Assembly: GCA_963795085.1 (NCBI GenBank)
Contig: CAWCFX010000001.1
Span: 768,001 to 832,000 of the forward strand
From: an uncultured Gemmatimonadales bacterium
Lineage (GTDB): Bacteria; Gemmatimonadota; Gemmatimonadetes; Gemmatimonadales; GWC2-71-9
Length of the DNA: 64,000 nucleotides
Reading direction: 5' to 3'
In this document: positions 1 to 8,475 of the stretch, piece by piece
How the letters are laid out: the number at the start of each line of letters is the position of its first letter
Numbering within the stretch: the stretch's first letter is position 1
Made by a program: the position numbers and the translations under genes
Notes under the pieces: model-generated
Seen by the model: the letters and a program-made list of their open reading frames with translations, nothing else
What the model was told of the DNA's origin: nothing
The model's database searches: none

Positions 1-909
1 GCCGGACCCGAACTTGACCAGCTGGGGTCGGGTCTGCCGGGCCACCCAGAGCAGGAATCCATCGTACCTCACGAAGACCTGGTCCCGGTCCTCGGGGACC
101 GGAATCCAGGGCGTCGCCGGCTCGTCGGGGCCGACCCGGGCCCACCGCCACTGGCCCCGGTGCCGGTCCCAGTCCCCCATGAACACGTCCATGAGCCGGG
201 CCTTGAGGTAGGCGGTGGTATCGATGTGCTCGGCGGGACTCTCCTCCAGGTGCTCGAGCAGCTTCTCCATGTCGATGACCTTGGTGGCGTTTTCGACGCC
301 GGGGGTGCGGGTCGCGCCTTCGTTCACGTGCTCCTCCAGCAGCCCGAGCATGCCGGCGAAGGTGCGGCGAAACTCACCCAGCCGGGGATCGTCCGGCATC
401 ACGAACAGCATGGGGGAGGCATGGACAACCCCCGCCGCCGTGAGCAGCCGGTCTGAGACCAGCGGGCCGGTCGGGTGGGCGGCGCTGATCTGGTCCTGTA
501 CCAGGTCGTCGGCAAAGGTGCCGCGGAGGTCGGGCGGCAGCACGGCGGAGGGATCCTTGTCCACCGAGCGGAAATTGAACTCCCGGCCGTCCGGTGCCCG
601 GAACCGGAGCGACTTGGTCTGTTGTCCGCCGCCCTGCTTGACCGGCGTGAGGCCGCCGGCAAAGGTGCCGAGGTCCAGGATGTCCACCTTGGTGGGGGTG
701 GTCCAGAGGTCCCGGTAGTCCGACCCGAAGAAGGTCCGCCAGATCCCTCCCGCTTCGTACTGGGGGCTGGGCGCGACCAGGGCCCAGGGGGTGGTATCGT
801 TCTGGGCCGCGGCGGGGGTGGCCGGGACCGGCAGCGTTCCCAGGCCGGCGAGCAGCAGACTGCCGGGGAACCGGCGCCAACCGGATGGACGGGCAAAGGC
901 GAGGGGCAT
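1..909 (-). CDS. Exported atypical kinase-like protein, 3' part outside window (resembles the region found N-terminal to BamA/TamA-type barrels)
   Basis: Not in the ORF track; translated by hand, open from ATG 909 to base 1. Signal-peptide-like start (..LLLAGLGTLPVPATPAAA-Q), YRDLWTTP, GGGQQTKSLRF, FRSVDKD, ARLMDVFMGDWDRHRGQWRW, VPEDRDQVF. Barrel is inferred, not visible. Confidence 0.7.
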   Translation of the reverse strand, partial: MPLAFARPSGWRRFPGSLLLAGLGTLPVPATPAAAQNDTTPWALVAPSPQYEAGGIWRTFFGSDYRDLWTTPTKVDILDLGTFAGGLTPVKQGGGQQTKSLRFRAPDGREFNFRSVDKDPSAVLPPDLRGTFADDLVQDQISAAHPTGPLVSDRLLTAAGVVHASPMLFVMPDDPRLGEFRRTFAGMLGLLEEHVNEGATRTPGVENATKVIDMEKLLEHLEESPAEHIDTTAYLKARLMDVFMGDWDRHRGQWRWARVGPDEPATPWIPVPEDRDQVFVRYDGFLLWVARQTRPQLVKFGSG

Positions 910-958
910 GGGATCGAGCCTCAGGGGTCGCAGTCGGTGACACGGTTGCAGTCTGGAA

Positions 959-1032
959 ATCATACTCCGGAGCGAGGCCGGGGCAAGAGACGGCGGTCAC
1001 AATTCGACGGCGTCCCCCTCCCGATGTAAGCT
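959..1032. promoter_or_regulatory. Candidate divergent sigma70-type promoters
   Basis: Minus: TTGCCC-16-TATGAT (986-959). Plus: TCGACG-17-TAAGCT (1004-1032). Pattern match only. Confidence 0.3.
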
Positions 1033-1066
1033 TCATCGGGCCAGGGGTGACGAACCGGGAGCGCAC

Positions 1067-2461
1067 ATGGGTCGAGGCTGGCTGGACCGTCTGCTCAGAG
1101 TCTTTACCGACGTTCGGGAGGGAGAAGGGGCGACCGCTCTGCTCCTCATGCTGAACGTGTTCCTGATCCTCACCGCGTACCTGATGCTCAAGGTAGTCCG
1201 GGAGCCGCTGATCCTGGCCGGCGGCGGCGCCGAGGTCAAGAGCTACGCCTCGGCGGGGCAGGCGATCCTGCTGCTCGTCCTGGTGCCGCTCTACGGCTGG
1301 GTGGCCAGCCGGTTTCCCCGCAAGAAGCTCATCAATATCGTCACCATCGGCTTTGCGCTCTGCCTCCCCCTGTTCTACCTGCTGGCCCGGCTCGACGTTC
1401 CCCTCGGCATTGTCTTCTTCCTGTGGATCGGGGTCTTCAACCTGATGATCGTGGCCCAGTTCTGGGCTTTCGCCAACGACATCTATACCACCGAAGAGGG
1501 CAAACGGCTTTTCCCGCTGGTGGCCTTCGGGGCCTCGGCGGGTGCGGTGGCCGGGAGTTTCATCGCAGGGCTGCTGATCGCGCCGGTGGGCGTGTACCAG
1601 CTCATGCTGGTGGCGGCGCTGGTCCTGCTGGCCAGCCTGGTGCTGACCAACATCGTGGACCGGCGGGAGCGGGCCCGGCGGGAGGGCCACCTCCCGCCGC
1701 CCGACACCACGGCCGAAATGCCGGCGGCCACCACCGCCGAGATGCGGGTGGCCACCACCGGCGAGATGCGGGCGGCGCCGGCGGGCACGCAGCCGGTGCA
1801 GCGGGAGGGCCCCTTCCAGCTGGTGCTCCGGAACCGGTACCTGCTGCTGATCGCGTTCATGATCCTGGTGCTCAACTGGGTGAACACCACCGGCGAATAC
1901 ATCGTCGGGCGGACGGTGAGCGAGGCCGCGGCCACCGCGGCGGCGCGGCCGGGCGCGCCCAGCGAGGAGGTGTTGATCGGGCAGTTCTACGCCGGATACA
2001 CCGGGGTGGTGAACCTGGCTGCGCTGCTGATCCAGCTGTTCCTGGTCTCCCGGATCGTCAAGTACGCCGGGGTGCACCGCGCGATTCTCATCCTGCCGTT
2101 CATCGCCCTGGGCGGGTATCTCCTGCTGGCGGTCTATCCCGTGCTGAGCGTGGTACGGTGGGCCAAGACGGCGGAGAACTCGACCGATTATTCGCTGCAG
2201 AACACCCTGCGCCACATGCTCTTCCTGCCCACCACTCGGGACCAGAAGTACAAGGCCAAGCAGGCGATCGACGGATTTTTCGTGCGGGCGGGGGACGTGC
2301 TGTCGGCCGTCCTGGTCTTCGGGGGGACGACCTGGCTGGCGCTCAGCTCCTCGGGCTTCGCGGCCTTCAACCTCGGCCTGGCGGTGGTGTGGCTGGTGCT
2401 GGCGGTGCTGGTGGGGCGGGAGTTCCGGCGGCGGACCGCGGAGCAGGTGGAAGGGCGATAA
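1067..2461 (+). CDS. Npt1/Npt2 (TLC, ATP:ADP antiporter family) nucleotide translocase
   Basis: About 12 hydrophobic segments; YLMLKVVREPL, QFWAFANDIYTTEEGKRLFP, ENSTDYSLQNT, KYKAKQAIDGFFVRAGD. Confidence 0.85.
   Translation: MGRGWLDRLLRVFTDVREGEGATALLLMLNVFLILTAYLMLKVVREPLILAGGGAEVKSYASAGQAILLLVLVPLYGWVASRFPRKKLINIVTIGFALCLPLFYLLARLDVPLGIVFFLWIGVFNLMIVAQFWAFANDIYTTEEGKRLFPLVAFGASAGAVAGSFIAGLLIAPVGVYQLMLVAALVLLASLVLTNIVDRRERARREGHLPPPDTTAEMPAATTAEMRVATTGEMRAAPAGTQPVQREGPFQLVLRNRYLLLIAFMILVLNWVNTTGEYIVGRTVSEAAATAAARPGAPSEEVLIGQFYAGYTGVVNLAALLIQLFLVSRIVKYAGVHRAILILPFIALGGYLLLAVYPVLSVVRWAKTAENSTDYSLQNTLRHMLFLPTTRDQKYKAKQAIDGFFVRAGDVLSAVLVFGGTTWLALSSSGFAAFNLGLAVVWLVLAVLVGREFRRRTAEQVEGR
1706..1777 (+). 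repeat. In-frame 24-bp tandem repeat x3 in translocase central loop
   Basis: Encodes TTAEMPAA-TTAEMRVA-TTGEMRAA. Confidence 0.85.
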
Positions 2462-2488
2462 GACGGCAGGACGGTAAGACGGTAAGGC
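2460..2488 (+). repeat. 8-mer tandem repeat (ARGACGGY) overlapping translocase stop
   Basis: AAGACGGC AGGACGGT AAGACGGT AAGGC. Confidence 0.7.
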
Positions 2489-2589
2489 TTTCCGGTCCGG
2501 ACTGTCACCGTGCCCTGCACCCGCGGCCGAGTAGACAGGCGAAGCATGCTCTCGGCGATTCTACGCTAGAGCGCGGTACGGGAAACCAT

Positions 2590-4833
2590 TCAGGCTCCTT
2601 TGCTCGCCCGGCGCCGGATTTCTTCCAGGTTCAGCGAAATCGAATCGTTGGAGCGCATCAGGTCCGCGATGATCTCCTCCCGCTCCCGGCCCCCGCTTCG
2701 CCGGGGACGCCGGTCCTCCAGGAACGGCCAGAGCCGGACCCGGACCGGGTCGGGCAGCGCGTTCTCGAGATATTCGAGGGCGGTGCCCCGCAGGTGCTCG
2801 TCGTCGGTAAAGAGACCGCGGAACGCAATCCGGAGCGGTGCCTCAGGGAGCGCCAGGGAGAGCACCGTGAACACGTGCTCCATGCTGCGGCCGGCCCGTT
2901 CCCGCAGAAATTCATCGAGGAAGGGATCCTCGACCCCCTCGTCGGCTTCGCTCAGCAGCCGCTGGCTCTCCCAGATCTGCCGGTCCACCATCACCTCGCG
3001 AAGTACCGCATCGAAGACCCGCTGGCCGGGGATCTCGAGTTCAGGGTGATGCCGGTGCAGTTCGGCCAGCGCCCGCCCGGAGCGGTAGCGCACTTCAAAC
3101 CGGCGGTCCCCCAAACCCTCCAACAGGCCGTTCACCGTGCGTTGCGAGGGGGCCGCCGCCAGCAGCGGCGGAATTCGCCGCCGGATGGCGAACGGCTGGT
3201 CCGGGTCCAGCATCGCGTCGAGCAACTGCCCCACGATGGAGGGCGCGATGGCGCGGAGCGCCTCCGCCGCCGGGCGGGCCACCTCGTCCCAGGCGAGCAG
3301 CGGCACGACATGGGGGACCAGGGCAGGCGTCAGCGTCCCGCGGCCCAGCGCGGCGCGGACCCGCGGCCGGTCGCGGGAGCGCAGGTCCTGGATGGCCAGG
3401 AGCTCGGCGTCGCCTTCCAGGGGCGGGGCGGCAGAAGACGGCTCCGCGTCGATACTCTCCGCTCTGATACTCTCCGCCGATGGTGCCTCCTGGCTCACGC
3501 CCGCCCCGACCAGCTGCCCCATGTCGAAGGTGGTCATGGTTTCGAACCCGGTCGGATGTTCCATGGTCACCGAGGTTCCCTCGCTGTCGAGCGCGGCACC
3601 ATGGGCGATCAGCTTCTTCTCCAGCGCTTCCCGATACCCGCCCTGCAGGTTCCGCGCGACCAGCACCGCTGCCGCCGAGAGCGCCACCGCCAGGACGAGG
3701 AGCGACTGGAACGCGATGGCCGGCACCACCAGCAGGCTGGCCTGGACGATGCCGCCGCCGATCACGTCGCCCAGCCGGACCGAGCCGACGTCCACCAGGG
3801 TCTTGGTGGCCCGCTTTTCGTGACGGCGGATCGGGGTGAAGAGCAGCTCATACCCGGAGCGGAAAAGCGAGTTGTGGAAAACGGCTTCGGCGCCCCGGGC
3901 CAGCGCGATGCTTCCCAGGCCGGGGACCATGAGCGCCCCGATGCCGGCAAGGCCCACCGAACCGGGCAGCACCGAGACGGTACCGGCCAGGCCAAGGCGG
4001 TCAAGGACGGCACGGGTGAACCCGCTCTGCACCAGGAAGGTGAGGAGCGAGACGCCGGTGTAGAAGGCGGCGAAGAACCGGAGCAGCCGTTCGCCATCGC
4101 CCATGCGGAGGACCGCCTGGCCCTTGAAGACAAAGTCCACCAGCCCCTCCGCCACCGTGCACAATACCACCAGGATGACAAGGTGGCGCAGGTACGGCAC
4201 CGTGCCGAGGAGCCGGACGCCTTCCAGGGTGGAAAGTCGCTGGGGAGGGGCCGCGGAAGCGGGCCGGGCCGGGCGGGAGGCCAGTAGCACCCGCACCATG
4301 ACGGTGGCGAGCAGGTGAAACCCGGCCAGCACCAGGAGCATGGCGCTGACTCCCGCCATCGCCGCGGTCCGTTCGGCCAGGACGCCACCGATCACCCCGC
4401 CGATGGTGCCCGCCGCCCCGATCCGGGCGATCTGGCGGCGGGCGCTCCGGGGATCGAACCGCTCGTTGACCATGGACCAGAACCCGGATATCAGCAGTGC
4501 GCCCATCACGGTGAAGTGGAGGTACACCAGGACGGCGACGGCCCGGCCGGAGGGGCCCATGAGGCCCCACTCCAGCAGCAGCAGCACCGTGCTCGCGCCG
4601 AACAGGGAGGGCACGAATCGCCAGGGACCGTGCCGGCTGATATGCCGGGCCGCCCAGAGGACGGCGATGACGGAGAGAATGGAGGAGGTGATCACCATGG
4701 TGGGCAGCATGGTGAGGGGAAAACTGGACAGAAACAGCGCGTCCCGGGTCGCCTTGCCTCCGACCTGGAAGGCGATCATGGCCGCCGAGGCGGCGGCCGC
4801 GGCGACTACCGCGGTCCGGCGGGACTCGGCCAC
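2590..4833 (-). CDS. Npt/TLC-like MFS transporter fused to C-terminal HEAT-like helical repeats
   Basis: GKATRDALFLS, FWSMVNERFDPRSARR, ELLFTPIRRHEKRATKTLVDVG; C-terminal HEAT-like LGDRRFEVRYRSGRAL, HLRGTALEYLEN. Confidence 0.75.
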   Translation of the reverse strand: MAESRRTAVVAAAAASAAMIAFQVGGKATRDALFLSSFPLTMLPTMVITSSILSVIAVLWAARHISRHGPWRFVPSLFGASTVLLLLEWGLMGPSGRAVAVLVYLHFTVMGALLISGFWSMVNERFDPRSARRQIARIGAAGTIGGVIGGVLAERTAAMAGVSAMLLVLAGFHLLATVMVRVLLASRPARPASAAPPQRLSTLEGVRLLGTVPYLRHLVILVVLCTVAEGLVDFVFKGQAVLRMGDGERLLRFFAAFYTGVSLLTFLVQSGFTRAVLDRLGLAGTVSVLPGSVGLAGIGALMVPGLGSIALARGAEAVFHNSLFRSGYELLFTPIRRHEKRATKTLVDVGSVRLGDVIGGGIVQASLLVVPAIAFQSLLVLAVALSAAAVLVARNLQGGYREALEKKLIAHGAALDSEGTSVTMEHPTGFETMTTFDMGQLVGAGVSQEAPSAESIRAESIDAEPSSAAPPLEGDAELLAIQDLRSRDRPRVRAALGRGTLTPALVPHVVPLLAWDEVARPAAEALRAIAPSIVGQLLDAMLDPDQPFAIRRRIPPLLAAAPSQRTVNGLLEGLGDRRFEVRYRSGRALAELHRHHPELEIPGQRVFDAVLREVMVDRQIWESQRLLSEADEGVEDPFLDEFLRERAGRSMEHVFTVLSLALPEAPLRIAFRGLFTDDEHLRGTALEYLENALPDPVRVRLWPFLEDRRPRRSGGREREEIIADLMRSNDSISLNLEEIRRRASKGA

Positions 4834-4834
4834 G

Positions 4835-5449
4835 TCATCGGTCCCCGTCCTTCAGTTGGCGGCCGAGTTCAGCCGCCAGGAGCCGCAGCTCGTTGACCAT
4901 GCCGCGTCCCTTCCACTCGGGCCGGGACTCCAGGTTGTCCAGCAGCGAACGGTACCACCAGAGGATCTCTTCCGCGTTGGCCAGGCAGATGGACGACAGG
5001 TACTCCCGCCCCAGCCGCCGCACGTCGGCGATCAGCGAGCCGCAGTAGTGAATCTCGCTCGCGGTGCAGACTTCCAGCGCACGGCTGCCGGCCCGGGCCA
5101 GCTGCCCGAGGTACTCCAGCTTGTACACCGTCCAGGGACGGAGCTGGCCCCGGCCGTCGTGGCGCGGCTCGCAGGCGTCCGACAGCACGGTAATGACCAC
5201 CGATCCGAACTTGTCCGCCACCTTGTGCCGCACCAGGTGCTGGTCATCCGGCCGGGTTTCGGCCAGCACCGGGTGGAGGATCCCGGCGATGATGGTGTGC
5301 TCATCGCAGCCAAAGCGGGCCAGGATGAGCCCGGTGTGCGATGGGTGGGTCAGGTAGGAAAGCCCGGTGCCTTCGCGAGAACGGGGCACATAGTACTTGG
5401 CTGCGAACGCCAGGGCATGATTGATGGGGTCGCTGTAGCCGTGGGCCAT
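4835..5449 (-). CDS. HD_4 / Mesh1-SAH-like protein with degenerate catalytic motifs
   Basis: INHALAFAA..SYLTHP..AGILHPVLAE..KFG; start moved to ATG 5449 because the ORF extension is repeat-derived. Confidence 0.75.
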   Translation of the reverse strand: MAHGYSDPINHALAFAAKYYVPRSREGTGLSYLTHPSHTGLILARFGCDEHTIIAGILHPVLAETRPDDQHLVRHKVADKFGSVVITVLSDACEPRHDGRGQLRPWTVYKLEYLGQLARAGSRALEVCTASEIHYCGSLIADVRRLGREYLSSICLANAEEILWWYRSLLDNLESRPEWKGRGMVNELRLLAAELGRQLKDGDR

Positions 5450-5524
5450 GGGAGTGCAGAGTTCAGAGTTCAGAGTGCAGAGTTCAGGGTCCAGAGCACT
5501 CTGCACTCTGCACTCTGCACTCCC
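5450..5524. repeat. Inverted pair of 7-mer arrays (AGTKCAG)n / (CTGCACT)n
   Basis: Ends GGGAGTGCAGAG and CTCTGCACTCCC are a perfect 12-bp inverted repeat; fills the queE-HD gap. Confidence 0.9.
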
Positions 5525-5525
5525 T

Positions 5526-6170
5526 TCAGGGGATGCCGAGAAGCTTATGCGTTTGGAGGCTCAAGCGCCATTCGGGGTGGGCCAGGCAATACTCGACGGC
5601 CAGCCGGGTGGTGGCATCCTTGTCGGGACCGTCCATGGGCTGAAGAAAGAAATGCTGGAAGGCGAGGCGCCGGTACCGTTCCGGTTCCGCGCCCGGCTGG
5701 GGGAAAACCAGCTTCAGCTCGTGGCCCTCCGTCAGGACGAGTGGGGCGCCGGCTTTGGGGCTGACGCAGATCCAGTCCAGCCCCGGGGGCGCTGGCTGGG
5801 TTCCGTTGGTCTCCACCGCCACCTCCAACCCGGTGGCGTGAAAGGCGTCGATCAGGGCGCTATTGAGCTGGAGCAGGGGTTCGCCCCCGGTGCAGACGAT
5901 GTAGGGACGGCCCCCGGATGACCTGGCGCCGTTTGTCCAGGTGTCGATCGCGGCCCCGGCGAGGGCCCCGGCGGTGGCGAACTTGCCGCCTCCCGGTCCC
6001 TCGGTGCCGACGAAATCGGTGTCGCAGAACTGGCAGACCGCCTGGTGCCGGTCCTCCTCCCGGCCAGTCCAGAGATTACACCCGGCGAAGCGGCAGAACA
6101 CAGCCGCCCGTCCCGCCTGGGCGCCCTCGCCCTGGAGGGTGTAGAAGAGTTCCTTGACGGCGTAAGACAC
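5526..6170 (-). CDS. queE: 7-carboxy-7-deazaguanine synthase, Cx14CxxC radical SAM type
   Basis: ELFYTLQGEG, CNLWTGREEDRHQAVCQFCDT, TGGEPLLQ, VETNGT, SLQTHK; GTG start at 6170. Confidence 0.95.
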   Translation of the reverse strand: MSYAVKELFYTLQGEGAQAGRAAVFCRFAGCNLWTGREEDRHQAVCQFCDTDFVGTEGPGGGKFATAGALAGAAIDTWTNGARSSGGRPYIVCTGGEPLLQLNSALIDAFHATGLEVAVETNGTQPAPPGLDWICVSPKAGAPLVLTEGHELKLVFPQPGAEPERYRRLAFQHFFLQPMDGPDKDATTRLAVEYCLAHPEWRLSLQTHKLLGIP

Positions 6171-6181
6171 AGGGGGAAGAT

Positions 6182-6306
6182 AATTGAGGGAATTGGGAAA
6201 TTGAGGGAATGTTGGAATTGAATCAAATTCCCTCAATTCCCTCAATTCCCTCAATTCCCTCAATTCCCTCAATTCCCTCAATTCCCTCAATTCCCTCAAT
6301 TCCCTC
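6182..6306. repeat. 9-mer array (AATTCCCTC)x9 with short degenerate inverted arm
   Basis: Nine copies at 6226-6306; AATTGAGGG-type copies at 6182-6220; queC stop lies in the array. Confidence 0.95.
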
Positions 6307-6994
6307 CCCCATATTTCCCCGGGTCGGTCATCCCCGCCTCCTGAAATCCCTGGAGCCGCAGCAGGCAGGCGTCGCAGCGGCCGCAGGCGAGGCCGTCCGG
6401 CGCGGCCGTGTAGCAACTGATCGTCATTCCATAATCCACGCCCAGTGCGCCGCCGCGCTGGATGATCTGTGCCTTGCTGAGATTGATGAGCGGGGTGTGG
6501 ATACTGAAGCGGCGGCCTTCAACGCCTGCCCGGGTGGCCAGGTTTGCCACCTGCTCGAAGGCGGCAATGAACTCGGGCCGGCAGTCTGGGTAGCCGCTGT
6601 AGTCCACCGCGTTCACCCCGATGAAAATGTCCTGCGCCCCGAGCACTTCGGCCCAGCCCAGGGCATAGGAGAGAAAAATGGTATTGCGGGCCGGGACGTA
6701 GGTCACCGGGATTTCGCCGGCCGTCTCCAGGGGAGACCGATCCAGCGGAACCTCCAGGTCCGAGGTGAGCGCCGACCCCCCCCAGGCACGAAGGTCGATC
6801 TGCGCCACGATGTGGCGAGCCACCCGCTGCGACTCGGCTACCCGTCGGGCGGCCGCCACCTCGGCCGCGTGCCGCTGGCCGTAGTCGAAACTCAGGGCGT
6901 AGGTCTCGAATCCATCGGTGCGGGCGATCGCCAGGACCGTCGCCGAATCGAGCCCGCCGCTCAGGAGCACCACCGCCTTCTGGGGAGGAACCAT
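6296..6994 (-). CDS. queC: 7-cyano-7-deazaguanine synthase
   Basis: SGGLDS, YGQRH, TYVPARN, SGYPDCR, SCY..CGRCDAC. Confidence 0.97.
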   Translation of the reverse strand: MVPPQKAVVLLSGGLDSATVLAIARTDGFETYALSFDYGQRHAAEVAAARRVAESQRVARHIVAQIDLRAWGGSALTSDLEVPLDRSPLETAGEIPVTYVPARNTIFLSYALGWAEVLGAQDIFIGVNAVDYSGYPDCRPEFIAAFEQVANLATRAGVEGRRFSIHTPLINLSKAQIIQRGGALGVDYGMTISCYTAAPDGLACGRCDACLLRLQGFQEAGMTDPGKYGGGN

Positions 6995-7012
6995 GGGGGA
7001 AATAAAACCGGA

Positions 7013-7906
7013 TCAGCCCTCCAGCACATGCTCGAGCGCGGGACCCAGCTCAGGGTAGCGAAAGCGATACCCTTCCTGCTCGAGCCGGAGCGGCGCCACC
7101 CGCGCGCTGGCCAGCAGGGTTTCCCGGGGCATGTCCCGCCCGTACAGGATGTTGAGCGCCAGCGTGGGTACCGGAATGAGGGCCGGCCGGTTGAGCGCCC
7201 CGCCGAGGGCCCGGGTGAAATCCTCGTTGCGGACCGCGCCGGGCGCCGTAAAATTGACCGGACCGGAGATGGACTCGTTGTCGAGCAGATAGACCAGGGC
7301 GGCGGTGAGGTCGTCGAGGGCGATCCAGCTCATCCACTGCCGCCCGGATCCGAGCCGGCCGCCGAGGCCGAGCCTGAAGGGGGTCAGCATCTTCTCGAGG
7401 GCGCCGCCCCGCCGGGTGAGCACGATGCCGAAACGGGGGTGTACCACCCGGATCCCCGCTTCCCGGGCGGGACCGGCCGCGGCTTCCCACTCCTCGGCCA
7501 GCCGGGGCAGGAAGCCGTCGCCGGCGAGGCTGGATTCGGTGAGGATCTCGTCGCCCCGGTCGCCGTAATAGCCGACCGCCGAGACGGAGATGAAGATCGC
7601 CGGGCGGGTCGGGAGCCCGGCCAGCCGCTGGGCAAGGAGACGCGTCGTGGAGAGCCGGCTCTCCCGGATTTCCTGCCGGGCTTCGCCGGTCCACCGGGTG
7701 GCGATGTTGGCCCCCGCCAGGTTGATGGCGCCGTCGAACCCGGCGAGGGCCGCCGGGTCGAGGGTTCCCGTCGCCGGGTCCCAGGAGATTTCGCCGGGCC
7801 GGGCCGGGCGCCGGACCAGCGGCACCGCAGTGTGGCCGGCCATTGCGAGCACTGGAAGCAAGGCCTGGCCTATCATTCCGCTGGATCCGGCGATGGCTAT
7901 CTTCAT
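7013..7906 (-). CDS. TIGR01777/YfcH-family NAD-dependent epimerase-like protein
   Basis: GSSGMIG, INLAGANI, SAVGYYG, GSGRQWMSWI, FRYPEL. Confidence 0.9.
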   Translation of the reverse strand: MKIAIAGSSGMIGQALLPVLAMAGHTAVPLVRRPARPGEISWDPATGTLDPAALAGFDGAINLAGANIATRWTGEARQEIRESRLSTTRLLAQRLAGLPTRPAIFISVSAVGYYGDRGDEILTESSLAGDGFLPRLAEEWEAAAGPAREAGIRVVHPRFGIVLTRRGGALEKMLTPFRLGLGGRLGSGRQWMSWIALDDLTAALVYLLDNESISGPVNFTAPGAVRNEDFTRALGGALNRPALIPVPTLALNILYGRDMPRETLLASARVAPLRLEQEGYRFRYPELGPALEHVLEG

Positions 7907-7952
7907 GACATCCGCTCCTGCTCGAGAATTCATTCCTCAGAAAGTAGCGCCC

Positions 7953-8465
7953 TTGATCACCCACAGGCGTTTCCGCGCCGGCGTGACGATCCCGGTGCTG
8001 GCTCTCTTCGTGGCCTGCCATGGCGGGAGAGCCGCACAGGGCCAGGAGCTGGCCTGCCGGGTGGCCCGGGTCAGCGATGGTGACTCATTTTACTGCGAGG
8101 GAGCCAAAAGGGTCCGGCTGACCGGTATTGATGCGCCGGAACTGGCCCAGGGCGCGATTGGGGACCAGGCTCGAGCGGCCCTTGTCGCCCTGATGCCCCC
8201 CGGAGCCGAGGTCACGCTGGAACTGGACGTCGCCCCGGAGGACCGCTACGGCCGGACTCTCGCATATGTGTGGCGGGATGGGAACATGGTCAACCGCGAG
8301 ATGGTGCGGCGGGGATGGGCGATGCTCTACACCGTGCCACCCAATGTCCGGCACGTCGAGCTGCTGCGGGCGGCGCAGGACTCCGCCCGGGGCGAGGCGG
8401 CCGGACACTGGAAGGACGGGGGATTCACCTGCCCGCCGGCCGAACACCGGCGGGGCAGGTGTTGA
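7953..8465 (+). CDS. Thermonuclease (SNase) family protein, possible lipoprotein
   Basis: DGDS, VRLTGIDAPE, DRYGRTLAYV, VNREMVRRGWA; LFVAC lipobox-like; start 7953 or 7983. Confidence 0.88.
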   Translation: MITHRRFRAGVTIPVLALFVACHGGRAAQGQELACRVARVSDGDSFYCEGAKRVRLTGIDAPELAQGAIGDQARAALVALMPPGAEVTLELDVAPEDRYGRTLAYVWRDGNMVNREMVRRGWAMLYTVPPNVRHVELLRAAQDSARGEAAGHWKDGGFTCPPAEHRRGRC

Positions 8466-8475
8466 GGGTGCCGGG

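Noticed and set aside
374..2215. Long antisense or alternate-frame ORFs (also 1423-4287, 50001-52487, 57745-62280)
   Set aside because: Shadows of real genes in high-GC DNA; no recognisable motifs.
3451..3477. 12-bp direct repeat with 15-bp period encoding AESIR-AESID
   Set aside because: Single slippage event in a low-complexity linker.
6171..6416. N-terminal (REL)n extension of QueE and the (IPS)n ORF on the other strand
   Set aside because: Translation of the 9-mer array overlapping queC; QueE similarity starts at 6170.
5526..6994. queC/queE/queF as a 7-deazaguanine DNA-modification (dpd) island
   Set aside because: No dpdA/tgt-like or other dpd genes; queF points to ordinary queuosine synthesis.
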